The notes under the pieces: generated by a model
What the model saw: only the letters and a program-made list of their open reading frames with translations
The model's database searches: none
What the model was told of the DNA's origin: nothing
Part shown: positions 61,501 to 64,000 of the stretch, in pieces
How positions within the stretch are numbered: the first letter of the stretch is position 1
How the letters are laid out: every line of letters begins with the position of its first letter
Program-made: the position numbers and the translations under genes
Assembly: GCA_030141605.1 (NCBI GenBank)
Contig: JAQGDQ010000382.1
Location: 62,001-126,000 of the forward strand
Source: Tubiluchus corallicola
Taxonomy: Eukaryota; Animalia; Priapulida
DNA: 64,000 bases
Direction of reading: 5' to 3'

Positions 61501-62589
61501 CTAGGGAATTGAAATGAAACAGCAAGACAGTCAACTAATTAATACAAGTGGCTAAAGTTTACAATACCCCACAAGAAATTAGGAATTAGTGAAGCAGATT
61601 AGGAATAGGGTTAGGGTCAAGGTAAGAGATGGGTTAGGGTTAGGGTCAGGGTTAGAGATGGGTTAGGGTTAGGGTCAGAGTTAGAGATGGGTTAAAGTTA
61701 GGGTTGGATTAGGGTTAATGTCAGGGTTAGAGTTGGGCTGGGTCAGGTTTAGAGTTGGGTTAGGGTTAGTGTTGGATTAGTGTTAATGTCAGAGTTAGGG
61801 TTGGGTTAGGGTTAGTGTTGGATTAGGGTTAATGTCAGGGTTAGGGTTAGGGTTAATGTCAGAGTTAGAGTTGGGTTAGGGTTAGTGTTGGATTAGGGTT
61901 AATGTCAGGGTTAGGGTTAGGGTTAATGTCAGAGTTAGAGTTAGGTTAGGGTTAGTGTTGGATTAGGGTTAATGTCAGGGTTAGGGTTAGGGTTAATGTC
62001 AGGGTTAGAGTTGTGTTAGGGTTAGGGTTAGAGTTAATGTAAGGGTTAGAGTTGGGTTAGGGTTAGGGTTAGAGTTAATGTAAGGGTTAGAGTTGGGTTA
62101 AGGTTAGCATTGGATTAGGGTTAATGTCAGGGTTAGAGTTGGGTTAGGGTCAGGTTTGAAGTTGGATTAGGGTTAGGGTGAGGTTTAGAGTTGGGTTAGG
62201 GTAGGGTTGGGTTAGGGTTAATGTCAGAGTTAGGGTTAGGGTTAATGTCAGGGTTAGAGTTGGGTTAGGGTTAGGTTTAGAGTTGGATTAGGGCTAGGTT
62301 CGGGTTTAGAATTGGGTTAGGGTTAGGGTTAGGGTCAGTTTAGAGTTAGGTTAGGGTAGGGTTGAGTTAGGGTTACGGTTAAAGTCGTGGTATTTAAATT
62401 GTATGACGAATTGTAAACTACTTCCATACAAGAAAATAATTGTGCTAAGCAAGTGAGTCGTAACAACATACCTTTCCATTTGTAAATCAGAATCACATCC
62501 CAAGTGATTCACGGATTGCAGTGATGCTACCTCTATGTTGCCGGGCCTACTTGTTTCTGTTAACAAACAGGTTTCTACTGCCGACGGAT
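46564..62589 (-). CDS. TGFBR3: TGF-beta receptor type III (betaglycan)/endoglin-like, 5'-partial, ~600 aa in window; exons 62589-62472, 61373-61199, 59098-58882, 57679-57540, 56010-55780, 54742-54596, 53638-53524, 52213-52123, 52025-51848, 50188-50065, 48555-48409, 46682-46564
   Basis: Orphan-domain segments (GC...EVYAIQL, VVLVL..QWNV, LTEWIFNQYGTLRSY); ZP-N (C..M, DCGATENQTHY, CG); ZP-C (ECWLS, CPVDDTV, VYLHCQVSVC); TM GLESGAVVGIAFTSFVVGCLLTAMLWFIHYRT; Ser/Thr tail SGTSTPNS..TLSA*; all splice phases consistent. Confidence 0.88.
46765..47410. mobile_element. Harbinger-like MITE in the last TGFBR3 intron
   Basis: TIRs GGCCCGTGTCACACAG / CTGTGTGACAGGGGCC; subterminal CCGTAAG/CTTACG motifs. Confidence 0.65.
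48954..49622. repeat. Long inverted repeat (palindromic MITE), ~325-bp arms, ~19-nt loop at 49285-49303
   Basis: AATCACATTACCCTCTCCTTTAATTACAG... is reverse-complemented at the right end; arms align up to AAAAAGACAA / TTGTCTTTTT. Confidence 0.93.
54140..54405. repeat. GA-rich polypurine microsatellite
   Basis: Direct reading. Confidence 0.9.
54828..55195. repeat. 28-bp AT-rich minisatellite, ~13 copies
   Basis: Unit AAATATTATTATG(C/T)TAAACAATGCACTG. Confidence 0.93.
57000..57374 (+). mobile_element. Diverged copy of the Kolobok-like MITE family
   Basis: GCACGTG..AAAATTGAAGTACAGTGCTA, CATGTAACAGCGAAGAACTA, terminal TTCCAGTTTTTCT-TTAA. Confidence 0.65.
57790..58319. mobile_element. hAT-type MITE
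   Basis: TIRs CAGAGCTGTGGAGTC / GATTCCACAGCCCTG; 8-bp TSD GTTTTCGC / GTTTTCAC; internal (GGAGTC/AGAGTC)n. Confidence 0.85.
59338..59506. repeat. ~86-bp tandem duplication
   Basis: GCTTTGCAACAAGTAATGCTAACCAG...GGTACGTTC x2. Confidence 0.9.
59703..60460. repeat. 73-bp minisatellite, ~10 copies
   Basis: Unit TGTCAACCAGTGGCTGGCAATACTAGGAATGATGGCTGGCACCTTTCATAAGCCCAAATCACAAAATCATTCT. Confidence 0.97.
61606..62380 (+). repeat. Degenerate interstitial (TTAGGG)n telomere-like array
   Basis: Hexamer periodicity of TTAGGG with TTAGAG, TTGGG, TCAGGG and TTAATG variants. Confidence 0.92.
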
Positions 62590-63189
62590 CTGAAAATAAA
62601 GTTATATCACATTAGATTTTATTTTAAATTAATTTGAAAGGTTGTGACTCCATTGCCAAATGGTAGCATTACACGTGAAACGGGAAGCCAGGTAATGCAT
62701 AGAATGCCAACTGCTTAGTAGGCATGAGCATCAAACGTTTTTTTCTTTCAGTCCGAATTCAATTTAAAATAAAAATTATAGATTTCAATAATTTTGCACT
62801 TCAACTATATACGTTCTTTATCATTAAAACGTTTGAAATGTGCATATCACATTTCATACATGCAATCAGCACAATTTACATGTGATTTCTGCGCACAATC
62901 TTCAAACAAATTATTAGTTTTTTTTACTAAAGAAGAAAAAGAAGTAACATGCATAATTTTTGTGGGACCATTTTTTTATTTTTTATTAGTAATTGGAAAA
63001 CTTCTTTAAAAACTTTGAAAAAGAATTCGAAATCTCAAAATTTGGTATGATTCGAGTTTGAATGTCGGAAATCTGATTGATTCGATTTTGCCTTCCAGTA
63101 GAAAATGCTCACCCCTACTGCCCACCACATACGCAACCAGGTTAGGTACCTGAAAATTTGTTTCTTCACTTTCAGTCAGCAAAACGTAT

Positions 63190-63990
63190 AGCAAGAAAAC
63201 TGTGGCAGAGGTATGCGTTACACGTGCGCTGACTTACGCAGCAGAAACTTGGTTAACGTCAGACTTTGGAGCACTCGAGGCGTTATACGACAAAGTTCTG
63301 AAAGTGCTACTGGGAGTAAAATATTCCTCACCAAACGAGTTGTGTTACATAGAAGCAGATATGCCTCTTTTAAAAGAATTAATTTTGAAAAGGCGGAGAC
63401 AACTGCTATGATGGAAGAGATATCAGTGAAGACAAGCGCCCCTATCGATTGCCTGCAATCTGATTAATTCAACAAATTTAAACTCCTGTCGTTACAGAGC
63501 ATTTATGTCTTATTCTAATTATATCCCACAGGTGAGTAGAAGGAAGAGTTTAATAAAGACACATTTTCAAACTTATGTATCTCTCAATCCATTACTCAAA
63601 CAGCACCAGGTACATACTACTACTGTGGCTGGTTCGCTGCGTATCAATTTCAGCCGGTTTGTTATATCTGCACATCACTTGAAAGTTGAAACAGGAAGAT
63701 GGGTAAGACCTCCAATACTGCACCATAGGAGATTGTGTAATATTTGCGAAGATGAAGTACAAGATGAACAACACGTAGTAACAAGATGTAGGGTAACTGA
63801 AGAACTGCGAAGAAAATACAATATGACTTTTAATAATACAGACGATCTGTTTAATTTAGAGCGGGAAACATGTGCAAAAATAATTACAGATATACTAAAT
63901 TTATTCCTATGACAATCTCGCTAGAATACTATTGTACAGTATAAGCGTAAGGATGTATGTAGAATGAATATTTATTGTTATTATTATTTT
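63190..63990 (+). mobile_element. Non-LTR retrotransposon ORF2 3' end (RTE-X-like), decayed
   Basis: LTYAAETW, LKVLLGVK..PNELCYIE, SAHHLKVETGRW..RRLCNICEDEVQDEQHVVTRC; (TTA)n-like tail. Confidence 0.85.
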
Positions 63991-64000
63991 GTTGTGAAGT

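Overview
AT-rich, intron-containing genomic DNA from an invertebrate animal (GT-AG introns, LINE/SINE/MITE debris, no prokaryotic features or CRISPR). Reading splice sites by hand gives four co-oriented minus-strand genes with consistent exon phases: (1) a B4GAT1/LARGE-type GT49 glucuronyltransferase (3 exons, ~475 aa); (2) a secreted sea-urchin-Ars-type arylsulfatase (8 exons, ~548 aa); (3) a complete alpha-aspartyl dipeptidase/peptidase E (8 small exons, 240 aa, essentially absent from the ORF track); (4) the 3' 12 exons of a betaglycan/endoglin (TGFBR3-like) gene that runs off the window end. The arylsulfatase locus is the most unusual. Exon 5 occurs as two 229-nt copies that cannot be co-included in frame. 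Each copy is followed by a 66-bp minisatellite built from the exon's own 3' end and 5' splice site. Five normally Gly codons each carry a single G>A change that A-to-I editing would reverse. Other notable items: a Penelope-like element with a minimal hammerhead ribozyme in a pepE intron, a 5S-rRNA-headed GC-rich element, a ~670-bp palindrome upstream of the TGFBR3 transmembrane exon, an orphan collagen pseudo-exon, tandem TTAA-flanked MITEs and an interstitial TTAGGG-like array. All family assignments rest on motif recognition, not database searches.
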